Positions 38,361 to 47,127 of a stretch of DNA of 64,000 nucleotides are shown here, piece after piece. The translations under genes and the position numbers were made by a program. Under the pieces are notes generated by a model, which searched no databases, was not told where the DNA came from, and worked only from the letters and a program-made list of their open reading frames with translations. Positions within the stretch are counted from its first letter, which is position 1. The number at the start of each line of letters is the position of its first letter. The DNA comes from Candidatus Fervidifonticultor sextus (GTDB lineage: Bacteria; Sysuimicrobiota; Sysuimicrobiia; Sysuimicrobiales; Humicultoraceae). Location: assembly GCA_031459875.1 (NCBI GenBank), contig JAVKHQ010000005.1:39584-103583 (forward strand), in the 5' to 3' direction.

Positions 38361-39005
38361 GTGAAGACCCGCGAGGTCGCATTGACCGGCTTGATGGCGG
38401 CGCTGGTGCTGGTGATCACCCGTGCCTTCGTCCTGCCCATCCCGCAGACCAAGGGGTTCTTCAACCTGGGCGAGGCCGGGGTGTACCTGGCGGCGGTGCT
38501 GTTCGGCCCCCGCGTCGGCGCCCTGGCCGGCGGCATCGGGTCGGCCCTGGCCGACCTCACGCTGGGCTACGCCCAGTACGCGCCCTTCACGCTGGTCATC
38601 AAGGGCATCGAAGGCGCGTTGGTGGGCACCATCGCCCGCGGCGCCCGGGCGGCCTGGGTCCCCGGGCTCGCCGTCGGCGCGGCTGCGGCGGTGTGGCTGT
38701 TCTCGATGGAGGCCTTTGCCATCCGGATCGCTGCCGCATGTCTGTTGGTCGCGGCTCTGGTCGGGCTGGCGCTGCTGGCCCGCAGGCCGGAGGGCCGGGC
38801 GCCCGCCCGCCTGGCCGGCATGATCAGCGGAGGGTTGGTCATGGTGGCGGGCTACTTCACCACGCAGGCCTATGTGCTGGGGCTGGGGGCGCCGGTCGCC
38901 CTGGTGGAGGTTCCCTACAACCTGGTGCAGGTGGTGGTGGGGGTGGTGGCCGGCCTGGCAGCCGTGGCGACGGTTGAACGTGCCCTCCTTGCGCCGCCTC
39001 CGTAA
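38361..39005 (+). CDS. ECF transporter S (substrate-specific) component; substrate unknown.
   Basis: FFNLGEAGVYLAAVLFGPRVGALAGGIGSALADL; about six transmembrane segments. GTG start after a GGAGG RBS. Confidence 0.65.
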   Translation: MKTREVALTGLMAALVLVITRAFVLPIPQTKGFFNLGEAGVYLAAVLFGPRVGALAGGIGSALADLTLGYAQYAPFTLVIKGIEGALVGTIARGARAAWVPGLAVGAAAAVWLFSMEAFAIRIAAACLLVAALVGLALLARRPEGRAPARLAGMISGGLVMVAGYFTTQAYVLGLGAPVALVEVPYNLVQVVVGVVAGLAAVATVERALLAPPP

Positions 39006-39029
39006 ACATCCGACCCTCGAGGAGTGGGT

Positions 39030-39431
39030 ATGCCCAGGGTTCTGTTCGTCTGAGCGCACAACACCGCCCGCTCGCAGATGGCGGAGGGGCTGTTCAACGC
39101 CCTGGCGCCGGCGGGCTGGGAGGCGCGGTCCGCGGGGACGGACCCACAAGGCGCCGTGCGACCCGAGGCCATCGAGGTCATGCGCGAGGTCGGCATCGAC
39201 ATCAGCCACCACCATCCGAAGGCCATCGCCGACGCCATGGCGCCCGACGTGCGGCTCGTCGTGGGGCTGTGCGCCGAGGAGGCCTGCCCGGTCGTTCCCG
39301 GCACGCGCAGCCTCCACTGGCCGCTGCCGAACCCCTCGGGCCGGCCGATCGGTGTCTTTCGGGAAGTCCGCGACGACCTGGCGCACCGCATCCGTGCACT
39401 CATCCGGGAACTGACGGAGGAGGCCCCATGA
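39030..39431 (+). CDS. arsC: Thioredoxin-coupled arsenate reductase / LMW-PTP family (ArsC). It has an in-frame TGA at 39051-39053 at the catalytic CX5R cysteine position. Candidate selenoprotein (Sec); otherwise a nonsense pseudogene.
   Basis: MPRVLFV[TGA]AHNTARSQMAEGLF aligns to B. subtilis ArsC [20 protein letters not shown]. The downstream Cys pair CAEEACP is retained. A hairpin CCGCC(11-nt loop)GGCGG at 39064-39084 starts 10 nt after the TGA, which is a SECIS-like position. ATG at 39030 with a GGAGTGGG RBS. Confidence 0.55.
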
Positions 39432-39937
39432 CCGACCGTCTCGAGTCTGTGCTCGCCCGCGTGGAAGTGCCCCGCGGCAGCCGCAACAAGTACGAGGTTG
39501 ACCCGGAGCGCGGCGCGATCCGCCTCAACCGCGTCCTGTACTCGCCGCTGCACTACCCGGCCGACTACGGCTTTTTGGAGGACACGCTGGCCGAAGACGG
39601 CGACCACCTGGACGTCCTGATCTTCACCTACGAGCCGACCTTTCCGGGCTGTCTGGTGGACGTCCGCCCCATCGGCGTGCTGGACATGCGCGACGAGAAG
39701 GGCCACGACCAGAAGATCCTCGCGGTGCCGGCGGGGGATCCGCGTTTTGATGGGGTGACCGACCTGGAGCACGTCCCTTCCCACTTCCTCAAGGAGGTCA
39801 CGCACTTCTTCACGGTCTACAAGGAACTGGAACAGAAGCCCGTCGAGATTTACGGCTGGGCTGGCGCGCAGGAGGCGCGGCGGCTGGTGGGCGAGGCTGC
39901 TCGGCGATTCGCCGAGGCGGTGGAGGCCAGCCGATAA
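39428..39937 (+). CDS. ppa: Inorganic pyrophosphatase (family I).
   Basis: RNKYEVD...DYGF...DGDHLDVL; 169 aa. ATG overlaps the arsC stop as ATGA. Confidence 0.9.
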   Translation: MTDRLESVLARVEVPRGSRNKYEVDPERGAIRLNRVLYSPLHYPADYGFLEDTLAEDGDHLDVLIFTYEPTFPGCLVDVRPIGVLDMRDEKGHDQKILAVPAGDPRFDGVTDLEHVPSHFLKEVTHFFTVYKELEQKPVEIYGWAGAQEARRLVGEAARRFAEAVEASR

Positions 39938-39967
39938 GGGCGGCGGGCTGCGGCCTGCGGCGGCCCG

Positions 39968-40969
39968 CTAGAGCACCAGGCCCCGCGACGCGGCGAACGC
40001 CTCCACCTCGTCGCGCCGGGGCATCGCCGGCTGCGCCCCCATCCGGGTGACCGAGAGCGCCGCCGCGGCGTTGGCGAAGCGGACAGCCTCAGCCAGCGCC
40101 TTCCCCCCGGCCAGCGCCACAGCCAGCGCCCCGGCGAACGCGTCGCCGGCGGCCGTGGAATCCACGGCCTCGACCGGGATCCCGCCGACCCGTCCGCGCG
40201 TCTGGGGCGTGGCGAGGTAGGCGCCCCTGGCCCCGAGTTTGATGACGGCGGCTTTGGCCCCCCGCGCGAGCAGCCGGTCTGCGGCCTCGGCGGCCGACCG
40301 GTCATCGTCTGGCGTGACGCCGGTCAGGAACTGTGCCTCCACCTCGTTAGGATTGATCACGGAGAGCAGCGGGTAGAGGTCGGCAGGGAGCGGTTGTGGT
40401 GGGGCCGGGTCGAGGATCACCTGGCAGCCCGCGGCGTTGGCGAGTCGGACAGCCTGGCGGATCGCGTCCAGCGGGACTTCCAGTTGCACCAGCAGGACGC
40501 TCCCCGTCGCCACGACCCTCCGGGCGGCCAGGACATCGTCGGCGGACAGCCGCAGGTTGGCGCCCGGCGCGACGACGATGGTGTTGCGGCCCTGCGCGTC
40601 CACCGTGATGAAGGCCACGCCGGTGGCCGCCTCCGGGTCCACCCTGACGTGGGCTACGTCGATTCCCTCCGAGGCCAGACCCTCGCGGAGCCTCGTCCCG
40701 AAGGCATCGCCGCCGACGCATCCCACCATGGCGACCCGGGCGCCGAGCCGGGCGGCGGCCAGCGCCTGGTTGGCGCCCTTGCCGCCTTGGAACATGGCGA
40801 ACTCGCCGCCGGAGATCGTCTCGCCGACCTCCGGCAGCCTGGGGGACCGGACGACCATGTCGATGTTGAGACTGCCGACGACCGCGATCGCGGGTTTGGG
40901 CGCAGGTGCGCCGTCGCGCCTGTGGGCGGATCCGGCGGCCCGCGGCGACGGCCGTCTACGCGCGCGCAT
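39968..40969 (-). CDS. Ribokinase / PfkB-family sugar kinase.
   Basis: IAVVGSLNIDMV, GGKGANQA, and the C-terminal DTTAAGDAF. Confidence 0.8.
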   Translation of the reverse strand: MRARRRPSPRAAGSAHRRDGAPAPKPAIAVVGSLNIDMVVRSPRLPEVGETISGGEFAMFQGGKGANQALAAARLGARVAMVGCVGGDAFGTRLREGLASEGIDVAHVRVDPEAATGVAFITVDAQGRNTIVVAPGANLRLSADDVLAARRVVATGSVLLVQLEVPLDAIRQAVRLANAAGCQVILDPAPPQPLPADLYPLLSVINPNEVEAQFLTGVTPDDDRSAAEAADRLLARGAKAAVIKLGARGAYLATPQTRGRVGGIPVEAVDSTAAGDAFAGALAVALAGGKALAEAVRFANAAAALSVTRMGAQPAMPRRDEVEAFAASRGLVL

Positions 40970-41101
40970 GTCCGGGCAGTCTGCATAGGGTCATGGGGAG
41001 CAGTCTCCTCTCTGTCGGTGTGCTACGCCGCCGCGGGGAGGTCTCCTGGGCGTCCGGCGTCCCCCAGGGACCGTCGGGGGTGACCGCGAACTGACAGGCC
41101 C

Positions 41102-41740
41102 ATGGGCCGGTGGCGCGCGCTCGCCGCGTTCGATGTCGTCTTCCTGGCCCTGAGCCTGCTGGCGCCCGGGGCCGTGGGCACGCGGTGGTGGCGCCGGCAG
41201 GCCTCGTGGCGCTACCGGAGGCTCGCGCCCCACTACGACGCGAAGATCATCGCGCGGACCCCGGGATACCGCGCTCCCCTGGAGGCGGCCCTGGGGCGGT
41301 TGTCGCCTCCGTATGGGCGCATCCTCGACGTCGGCACGGGCACCGGCACCGTGGCCCTCGAAGTCGCGCGTCGTTTCCCCGGCTCGTGCGTGTGCGCGTG
41401 CGACGTCTCAGGGGAGATGCTGCGCGTGGCCCGCCAGCGGGCGCAGGGGCTGGGCCTGCGGATCGCCTGGCAGCAGGCGAACGGGACGAGGCTGCCCTAC
41501 CGGAATGCCAGCTTCGACCTCGTCCTCCTGCAGAACGCGCCGCCGGCCTTCGCGGAGCTGGCCCGGGTACTGAAGCCCGGGGGGACCCTGGTCTTGTGTT
41601 TCACCAAGGGCGGCGGGCTCCCCGGGTTCCTCGAGCGCCGCCTGGTCCGACGGCTGGGAGCGCTGGGGATTCCGGTGGTGGAACTCCGCCGGGTCGCAAG
41701 CGGGCTCTACGTCCTCGCGCGCCGGTCGGCCGGTTCGTAA
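41102..41740 (+). CDS. Class I SAM-dependent methyltransferase.
   Basis: ILDVGTGTGTVALEVARR (motif I). Confidence 0.75.
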   Translation: MGRWRALAAFDVVFLALSLLAPGAVGTRWWRRQASWRYRRLAPHYDAKIIARTPGYRAPLEAALGRLSPPYGRILDVGTGTGTVALEVARRFPGSCVCACDVSGEMLRVARQRAQGLGLRIAWQQANGTRLPYRNASFDLVLLQNAPPAFAELARVLKPGGTLVLCFTKGGGLPGFLERRLVRRLGALGIPVVELRRVASGLYVLARRSAGS

Positions 41741-42331
41741 CTATCGGCCCTCCAGGAGCGCTCGCGCGTCCGCCGCGAGGTCTGCGGCCAGAACGCCCCA
41801 TGGATACGAGAACCGGATCGTCCCGTGCCGGTCGATGAGGTAGATCGCCGTGGCATGGCCGATGCGGGCGTCCTCACCCGACCCGGCCGCCGCGTAGGGA
41901 GCGGGATAGACATTGAACGCCCGGTAGAGACGCGCCAGGACCTCTCGCGCGCCGGTGAGGCCGACGAAGTCCGGGTGGAAGATCGAAACGTACCAGCGCA
42001 ATCGCTCGGGCGTGTCGCGATCCGGATCAGTGGTGACGAAGAGCACGCGCACGTGCGCCGCGTCCACCCCGAGCAACGCCCGTGCCTGTCTGAGGGTGAC
42101 CAGCGTGGTCGGGCATACGTCGGGACAGAGCGTGTAGCCGAACGCGAGGAACACCACCATGCCTCGCAGCGCATCGAGCGAGAACGGGCGACGGTGACCA
42201 TCGAGCAGGGTGACCGCTGCCGGGAGCGGTTCGCGGACCGGCAGCCCGCGGAAGGCCGGTGGGGCCGCCCGCAGGCAGGCCCCACCCAGCAACGTCAGGC
42301 CCACGAGCGCGCAGGCCCACACCCCGCGCAT
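41741..42331 (-). CDS. SCO1/SenC-family copper chaperone (third, divergent copy).
   Basis: CPDVCP is the CxxxC motif; thioredoxin fold. Confidence 0.8.
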   Translation of the reverse strand: MRGVWACALVGLTLLGGACLRAAPPAFRGLPVREPLPAAVTLLDGHRRPFSLDALRGMVVFLAFGYTLCPDVCPTTLVTLRQARALLGVDAAHVRVLFVTTDPDRDTPERLRWYVSIFHPDFVGLTGAREVLARLYRAFNVYPAPYAAAGSGEDARIGHATAIYLIDRHGTIRFSYPWGVLAADLAADARALLEGR

Positions 42332-42332
42332 C

Positions 42333-42716
42333 TCAGGGGACCACCCGGAGCGTCGCCTGCATCCCGGCTTCCCGGTGCCCGGGGATGCTGCAGTACACCA
42401 CGTAGGCTCCCGGCGCCAACCGGGCTTTCACCTGCACGGTCTTGCCGGCAGGGAAGGGTTTGGCCTCCGCGACAATCTTCTTCGCCGCATTCTCGACGAC
42501 AAAGTCGTGCTCGACGGCTCCGGCGTTCCGCACAGTGAATGTGACCTCGCCGGCCTTCGCCAGCAGGTCCCTGGGTTCGTAGACGAACTCCCGGGCGACC
42601 ACGGTCACCGACAGGGAGGGCGAGGCGGGCGGCGGTGCCGGAGCCGCCGATGGCGTGTGTGCCGCGGTCATCCCCAGGATCGTCAGCGCCATGCCAACCC
42701 GGCGTACGATACGCAT
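42333..42716 (-). CDS. Small type-1 (blue) copper cupredoxin.
   Basis: Signal peptide; CSIPGHREAGM carries the C-x-P-G-H...M ligand motif. Confidence 0.7.
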   Translation of the reverse strand: MRIVRRVGMALTILGMTAAHTPSAAPAPPPASPSLSVTVVAREFVYEPRDLLAKAGEVTFTVRNAGAVEHDFVVENAAKKIVAEAKPFPAGKTVQVKARLAPGAYVVYCSIPGHREAGMQATLRVVP

Positions 42717-42745
42717 GCTGAACCCCTCCGATCTGGACCGCGCCG

Positions 42746-44266
42746 TCAGTGCGCCGGCCGCGGCTTGATGACGAGGACCCCGTTGCCACCCCAGGCGTCC
42801 GGCCCCAGGTGGACGTCCCCCGCCTTCCGCGGGGGAGAGACGGATAGGTCGACCACCGTGAGTACCGGCGCGTACTTGTTGGTCACGTAGGCCAAAAACC
42901 CGCCGCCCTGCTTGAAGCCGTAGGCCACGCCGTGGGCGCCCTTGTACGCCGGCACTTCGCTGACGACCCGAATCTTCGATGGATCGTCGTAGTCGACCGC
43001 GATCACGCTGGCGTTGGCGGTCCCGGTGTTGGCCACGACGACGTAGCGGCCGTCCGGGCTGAACGGCGACTGAATGGGCACGGCGCCGACCCGCACGATC
43101 TTGACCACCTTGGGGTTCTTCGGATCGCGCAGGTCCTGGAAGATCAGGCGGCCCTGGAGGAGCTTGTCGTGGGTCAACAACACGGTGGTGGTGACCGCGT
43201 AGCGCTTGTTGGGCGAGATCGCCGCGTACAGAGGCAGGTTGGCGCCGAATGCCTTCCCGTCGAGATCGGTCACCTTCGACAGGTCCACCGTGGTCAGCAC
43301 CTTCTCCGCGTCCAGGTCGATGATCGACATCTGCCCCGAGAGCGCGTTCGCGACGACCATGAGCTTGCCGTCGGGCGAGATCCAGCCGCCGTGCGGTCCG
43401 AGGGGCACCTCGATGTAGCGCACCGGGACCTGGGCCGCCGGTACGGCGGGATCCACCGCCTTGACGAGATCGAGCACGGCAATCCGGTTCGCCGCGTTGA
43501 TGGTCACCACGACCTTGCCCTGGGGCGTGGTGTGGGTGTGCGCGGGGGACTCGCCGACCGGGATGCGGTTCTTGACGATGCGCCGGGTCCGGGCGTCGAT
43601 GATGGTCAGGTAGTTCTGATGCCAGTTGGTCTGGACGACGTAGCGCTCGTCCCAGGAGACCATGGCGTTGTGCGGGTTGTTGAAGTCGCCGTCGATGACC
43701 GCCTTCACCTTCATCGTGGCGGCATCCACCACCGTGACGGTGCCCGGCGCCTCGCGGTTGGGTCGGGTCTGGAACTGCGTGTCCACCCACACCTCGCCTC
43801 GGCCTCGCACGCGCGGTGGCACCAGGCCGGTGGGGCTGGCCGGCGGCCACGGCTTGATGAACTGCGGCAGGGGGTTCGCGCCGACCGCGATCTGCCCGTC
43901 CATGTAGGGATGGATGGCGCAGACGTAGACGTAGACCCCCGGCTTGGTGAACTGCTGGCGCGCCGTGCCCTTGCGGCCCACGATGGTGATGGTCTTCGCC
44001 GGTTCGTCGAAGCCGGTGAGGAAGGTGATGGTGTGGAGCGTCCGGGCATCAGAGAACGACCAGACGACCTCGTCGCCCGGCTCCACGCGCAGCGTCTGTG
44101 GGAAGAACCACGGCGCGAACTCGCTGACGACGACGGCGTTCTTTGGCAGGGCGGGCGGTGGCGCGCCGCCCGGGGCCTCGGGCGCGGAGCGCGCGATCCC
44201 GGCCGGCCCGGCGATCACCGCGGCCGCGATGGCGAACACCAGCAGGCTCCTGCTCAGCGTCGGCAT
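42746..44266 (-). CDS. Secreted cupredoxin domain fused to a YVTN-family beta-propeller.
   Basis: N-terminal region YVYVCAIHPYMDGQ has the C-x2-H-x2-M cupredoxin site. This is followed by repeated YVVVAN / AVTTT propeller blades. Signal peptide after the ATG at 44266. Confidence 0.7.
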   Translation of the reverse strand: MPTLSRSLLVFAIAAAVIAGPAGIARSAPEAPGGAPPPALPKNAVVVSEFAPWFFPQTLRVEPGDEVVWSFSDARTLHTITFLTGFDEPAKTITIVGRKGTARQQFTKPGVYVYVCAIHPYMDGQIAVGANPLPQFIKPWPPASPTGLVPPRVRGRGEVWVDTQFQTRPNREAPGTVTVVDAATMKVKAVIDGDFNNPHNAMVSWDERYVVQTNWHQNYLTIIDARTRRIVKNRIPVGESPAHTHTTPQGKVVVTINAANRIAVLDLVKAVDPAVPAAQVPVRYIEVPLGPHGGWISPDGKLMVVANALSGQMSIIDLDAEKVLTTVDLSKVTDLDGKAFGANLPLYAAISPNKRYAVTTTVLLTHDKLLQGRLIFQDLRDPKNPKVVKIVRVGAVPIQSPFSPDGRYVVVANTGTANASVIAVDYDDPSKIRVVSEVPAYKGAHGVAYGFKQGGGFLAYVTNKYAPVLTVVDLSVSPPRKAGDVHLGPDAWGGNGVLVIKPRPAH

Positions 44267-44332
44267 GACGACACCCCCGTTCGTCAGGTGATCGTGCGGT
44301 CTGACAGCGTGCACTCGGACCTCTTGCATGGC

Positions 44333-45004
44333 TCATCTCGCCGCCTGGACGAACGTCCTCCATGTGCGCGCCGCGCCTGCGGCGGAGGCCGGCGCGTGGT
44401 CGGGACAGTCGATCCGCAGGGCGCGGTCGCCGAAGGCGGCGTCCACGAACGCACAGTGATGCGGGCGGGCGGGATCGGCGTGCACGTGCGGCCGAAAGTA
44501 CCGGCAGGTGACGCACATCCGGCTCGGGGCGATCTGCCCAGACTCCTGGAGGGCGCGGATCACCTTCACCAGGGCGCGCAGCAGGGCGGCCTGCTCGGTT
44601 ACCCCGAGCGTGTCGACCGCAGCGTGCACGGCTTCGCCCCAGCTCAACGCCCGACCCGCTTCGCGACGACCCGCGGGTGTGAGGACAATGAGCCGGCCAC
44701 GGCCGTCGCCACCGACGGCGTGCTTGGCGACAAGCCCTTTCCGCGCCAGGGTGGTGACCGCCTGGCTCGCGCTCGCCCTGGTGACGCCCAGCGCGGCCGC
44801 GACGGCGGAGAGGCGCTGGCCACCGGGATGGCGGCGCAACATGGTGAGGATCAGCCCCTGCGTCGGCGTGAGGCCGCGTGGCCCGGCGCCACGCCACGAC
44901 GCCTGCCGCAGCGCCAGAGCGATCCTGCTCAGGCCGGCGGTGACGCGTTGCCGCAGGGGCTCGCCGTCGACCTCAACCCGGGTGAACGCCGACCTGGAGA
45001 CCAT
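44333..45004 (-). CDS. MarR-family winged-helix regulator with a Cys/His-rich C-terminal tail; possible metal (copper) sensor.
   Basis: LTPTQGLILTMLRRH...LSAVAAALGVTRASASQAVTTLARKGLV is a MarR wHTH. The tail reads MCVTCRYFRPHVH...HHCAF...RIDCPDH. Confidence 0.65.
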   Translation of the reverse strand: MVSRSAFTRVEVDGEPLRQRVTAGLSRIALALRQASWRGAGPRGLTPTQGLILTMLRRHPGGQRLSAVAAALGVTRASASQAVTTLARKGLVAKHAVGGDGRGRLIVLTPAGRREAGRALSWGEAVHAAVDTLGVTEQAALLRALVKVIRALQESGQIAPSRMCVTCRYFRPHVHADPARPHHCAFVDAAFGDRALRIDCPDHAPASAAGAARTWRTFVQAAR

Positions 45005-45254
45005 GTTGGTTAAGTCTCCTAACGACTCGTTGCCTCCCGGGTTCGACACAGAGGTCGAGGTTCCTGCACGCCTCCGACGGACCGCGGAGGCACGCCAACC
45101 TTCGGGCCAGTGGACGCCCGCCAAGAGGGGGCCGCCACGGGCGCCGGCACCGGGGAGCATGATGTCGCTCTCCGGGACAGGGCCGTGGGTGATCCCGCGG
45201 GCGCGATTCCTCGGTTGGTCGGCGGGTGCGGGCCCGGCGCCGTCCGGCCGAAGG

Positions 45255-45764
45255 TCAGGGCGCCGCCATTCGCACCGGCACCCGGACCGCCACCGCCCCG
45301 GCCTGCTCGAAGTGCAGCGTCGCTGTGAACCGATCCCCCTCCCGAAGGTCGCGCTTGAGGCCAAGCAGCATGATGTGGAGGCCGCTTGGCCGCAGCGTCA
45401 CCCGGCCGCCCGCGGGCACCACAATAGCCGGCAGCTTGTGCATGCGACTCATGCCGCCCTCCATGCGCGTCTCGTGGAGCTCCACGGCGGCGGCAACGTC
45501 GGTCTCGGCACGCACCAGACGATCACCCCTCGGTCCGGTGTTGTGGATGGTCATGTAGATCGCCGACGTGCCGGGGCCCATGGCCATGGTGGTCCCGTGG
45601 GCACCGGCGGGAGCCGCGATGCCTGGCCGCGCCTAGGCGTCCTCGATGCGGATAGGCGAGGCCGGCGGCGCCGCTTCGCTGGCAGCGATGGCGGCCATGA
45701 ACACCACTGCGGTGAAGAGGGCCGTGCCTCGCAGCCACGAGATTCTCAAGCACATCAAGTCCAT
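45255..45764 (-). pseudogene. PCu(A)C copper chaperone paralog interrupted by an in-frame TAG at 45633-45635, where the intact copy has TGG.
   Basis: The single reading frame 45764-45255 encodes MDLMCLRISWLRGTALFTAVVFMAAIAASEAAPPASPIRIEDA*ARPGIAAPAGAHGTTMAMGPGTSAIYM...HETRMEGGMSRMHKL. It aligns residue-for-residue with the intact copy (...IRIEKAWARPG...). Confidence 0.6.
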
Positions 45765-45813
45765 ACTCATCACTCCTTTCCAGCCCGCACCAATGCCAAG
45801 TCGGGCGTCGAGC

Positions 45814-46389
45814 CTAGTGCCGCAACAGCTGCCGGATGTCGTGTACCAGGTCGTCCGCGGTGGCCTCGTGGCTCAGATTCAGACGCCAGCGGCCCTGCCG
45901 GTCGATGACGGCGATGTTCGCCGAGTGCGCCACGAGGTACCCCGCCGCGCTCTTGGGCACCGGGACCTTCTCGAACGCCGCGCCGAAGAATCGGTACGTG
46001 GTGGTCAGTGCGTCCGGGGGGCCCGCCAGGCCCACGAACTCCGGATGGAACAGCCGCAGGTACCGGTCGAGGAACGCCGGCGTGTCGATTTCCTGGTCCA
46101 CCGTGACGAATACGAAGCGAACCCGTGCGGCATCCGCCCCGAGCCTCTCGGCGACCTGGCGGAAGACCCCGAGTACGAGGGGGCAGACATCCGGGCACCG
46201 GGTGTACCCGAAGAAGATCAGGACGACCCGACCCCGCTGCCCGGCCAGGTTGAACGGGTGCCCATGTTGGTCGGTGAGCGTGAGCGCCGGCACCGGACGG
46301 GGAGGATCGAGCACGCGGCCCCGGAAGGTCGGGCGCTGGCAGGCTGAGACCAGCAGCACCAACAGGCCGACGGCGATCCATCTGGACAT
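45814..46389 (-). CDS. SCO1/SenC-family copper chaperone, second copy (about 80% identical to 18746-19330); lipoprotein-like.
   Basis: CPDVCP; lipobox-like VSAC. GGGAGG RBS 6 nt before the ATG at 46389. Confidence 0.8.
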   Translation of the reverse strand: MSRWIAVGLLVLLVSACQRPTFRGRVLDPPRPVPALTLTDQHGHPFNLAGQRGRVVLIFFGYTRCPDVCPLVLGVFRQVAERLGADAARVRFVFVTVDQEIDTPAFLDRYLRLFHPEFVGLAGPPDALTTTYRFFGAAFEKVPVPKSAAGYLVAHSANIAVIDRQGRWRLNLSHEATADDLVHDIRQLLRH

Positions 46390-46479
46390 GGGTGACCTCC
46401 CTCGAAAAGCGTTCAGCGCGGCACACGTCACGGCGTCCCCGCCGATGGGGCGGAGCGCGGGCCGCAGTGACCTCGGTGA

Positions 46480-46998
46480 CTAGGCGAGAGGGTCTGGTCG
46501 GGGCGGGGGATCCGGGACGGGAATGGCGACCCGGGCGACGCGCGGCGGGGCCAGACCTGCGATCTGTCCGGTGGCCCGGGGGGCGGGGGGCCCCGCAGGC
46601 GCCGCCACCGTTGCGACCGACAGGCCGGTCGTGCTCAGGACCATCGCGCCCGAGGCAGTCCCGGGAAGGACCGACACGACGCGCGGGACTTGGGGGTCGC
46701 CCTGGGCCATTCGTTGGGTCTGCCCCCCGCCCGTCCAGTGTCGTCCCGGATGTCCGGCGGAGCCGTGCGGTCTGTCGTGGTCGTGGTGACGGTGGTGGGC
46801 GAGTGCTTCAGCGCGCTGCGCGGGGGTGCCGCCGATGACGAGATGCAGGTGGTAGGGATCGCGCTCCACCGCCTGCGTGTTGGCGATGGGCAGGATCAGC
46901 CGCGCGATGGTCACCAGCAACAGGCCCGTGCCCGCAGCCTGGCGTGGCGACGAGCGATCCCAGCGGGCGACCAATGTCGCGCGAGGCACGAGCATCAT
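46480..46998 (-). CDS. Uncharacterized His-rich single-pass membrane protein, paralog 2 of 3.
   Basis: TM helix LLLVTIARLILPIA, then DPYHLHLVIGGTPAQRAEALAHHRHHDHDRPHG and a C-terminal PDPPPRP. Confidence 0.5.
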   Translation of the reverse strand: MMLVPRATLVARWDRSSPRQAAGTGLLLVTIARLILPIANTQAVERDPYHLHLVIGGTPAQRAEALAHHRHHDHDRPHGSAGHPGRHWTGGGQTQRMAQGDPQVPRVVSVLPGTASGAMVLSTTGLSVATVAAPAGPPAPRATGQIAGLAPPRVARVAIPVPDPPPRPDPLA

Positions 46999-47011
46999 GC
47001 TGTACCCGCTC

Positions 47012-47041
47012 ATTATAGTCGGTCGCCGCACCAGCGTGCAA
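47012..47041 (-). promoter_or_regulatory. Near-consensus sigma-A-type promoter: TTGCAC, 18-nt spacer, TATAAT (on the minus strand), driving the His-rich/SCO/PCuAC array. The first ATG of that gene lies about 8 nt past the predicted TSS.
   Basis: Seen directly in the sequence: reverse complement of GTGCAA at 47036-47041 and ATTATA at 47012-47017. Confidence 0.45.
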
Positions 47042-47127
47042 CGCACAGAGGGGAGGAGAGGGGCGGACGCACCCGGGGAAGTCACGTCCCGTCGCCGGGA
47101 GAGATCGCGGCAGGTCGCGTGAACTCG

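Noticed and set aside
39051-39053. TGA in arsC treated as a plain nonsense mutation.
   Set aside because: Not fully rejected. I favour Sec because the TGA falls exactly on the catalytic Cys and a hairpin starts 10 nt downstream, but I cannot exclude a pseudogene.
35964-39386. 1140-aa minus-strand ORF. There are many similar long Arg/Gly/Pro-rich ORFs, for example 13391-15712 (minus), 2261-4426 (minus), 30690-32597 (minus) and 42932-45013 (plus).
   Set aside because: These are typical stop-codon-poor antisense or off-frame ORFs in about 70% GC DNA. They span several well-supported genes on the other strand, have low-complexity R/G/P/A composition and show no motif matches.
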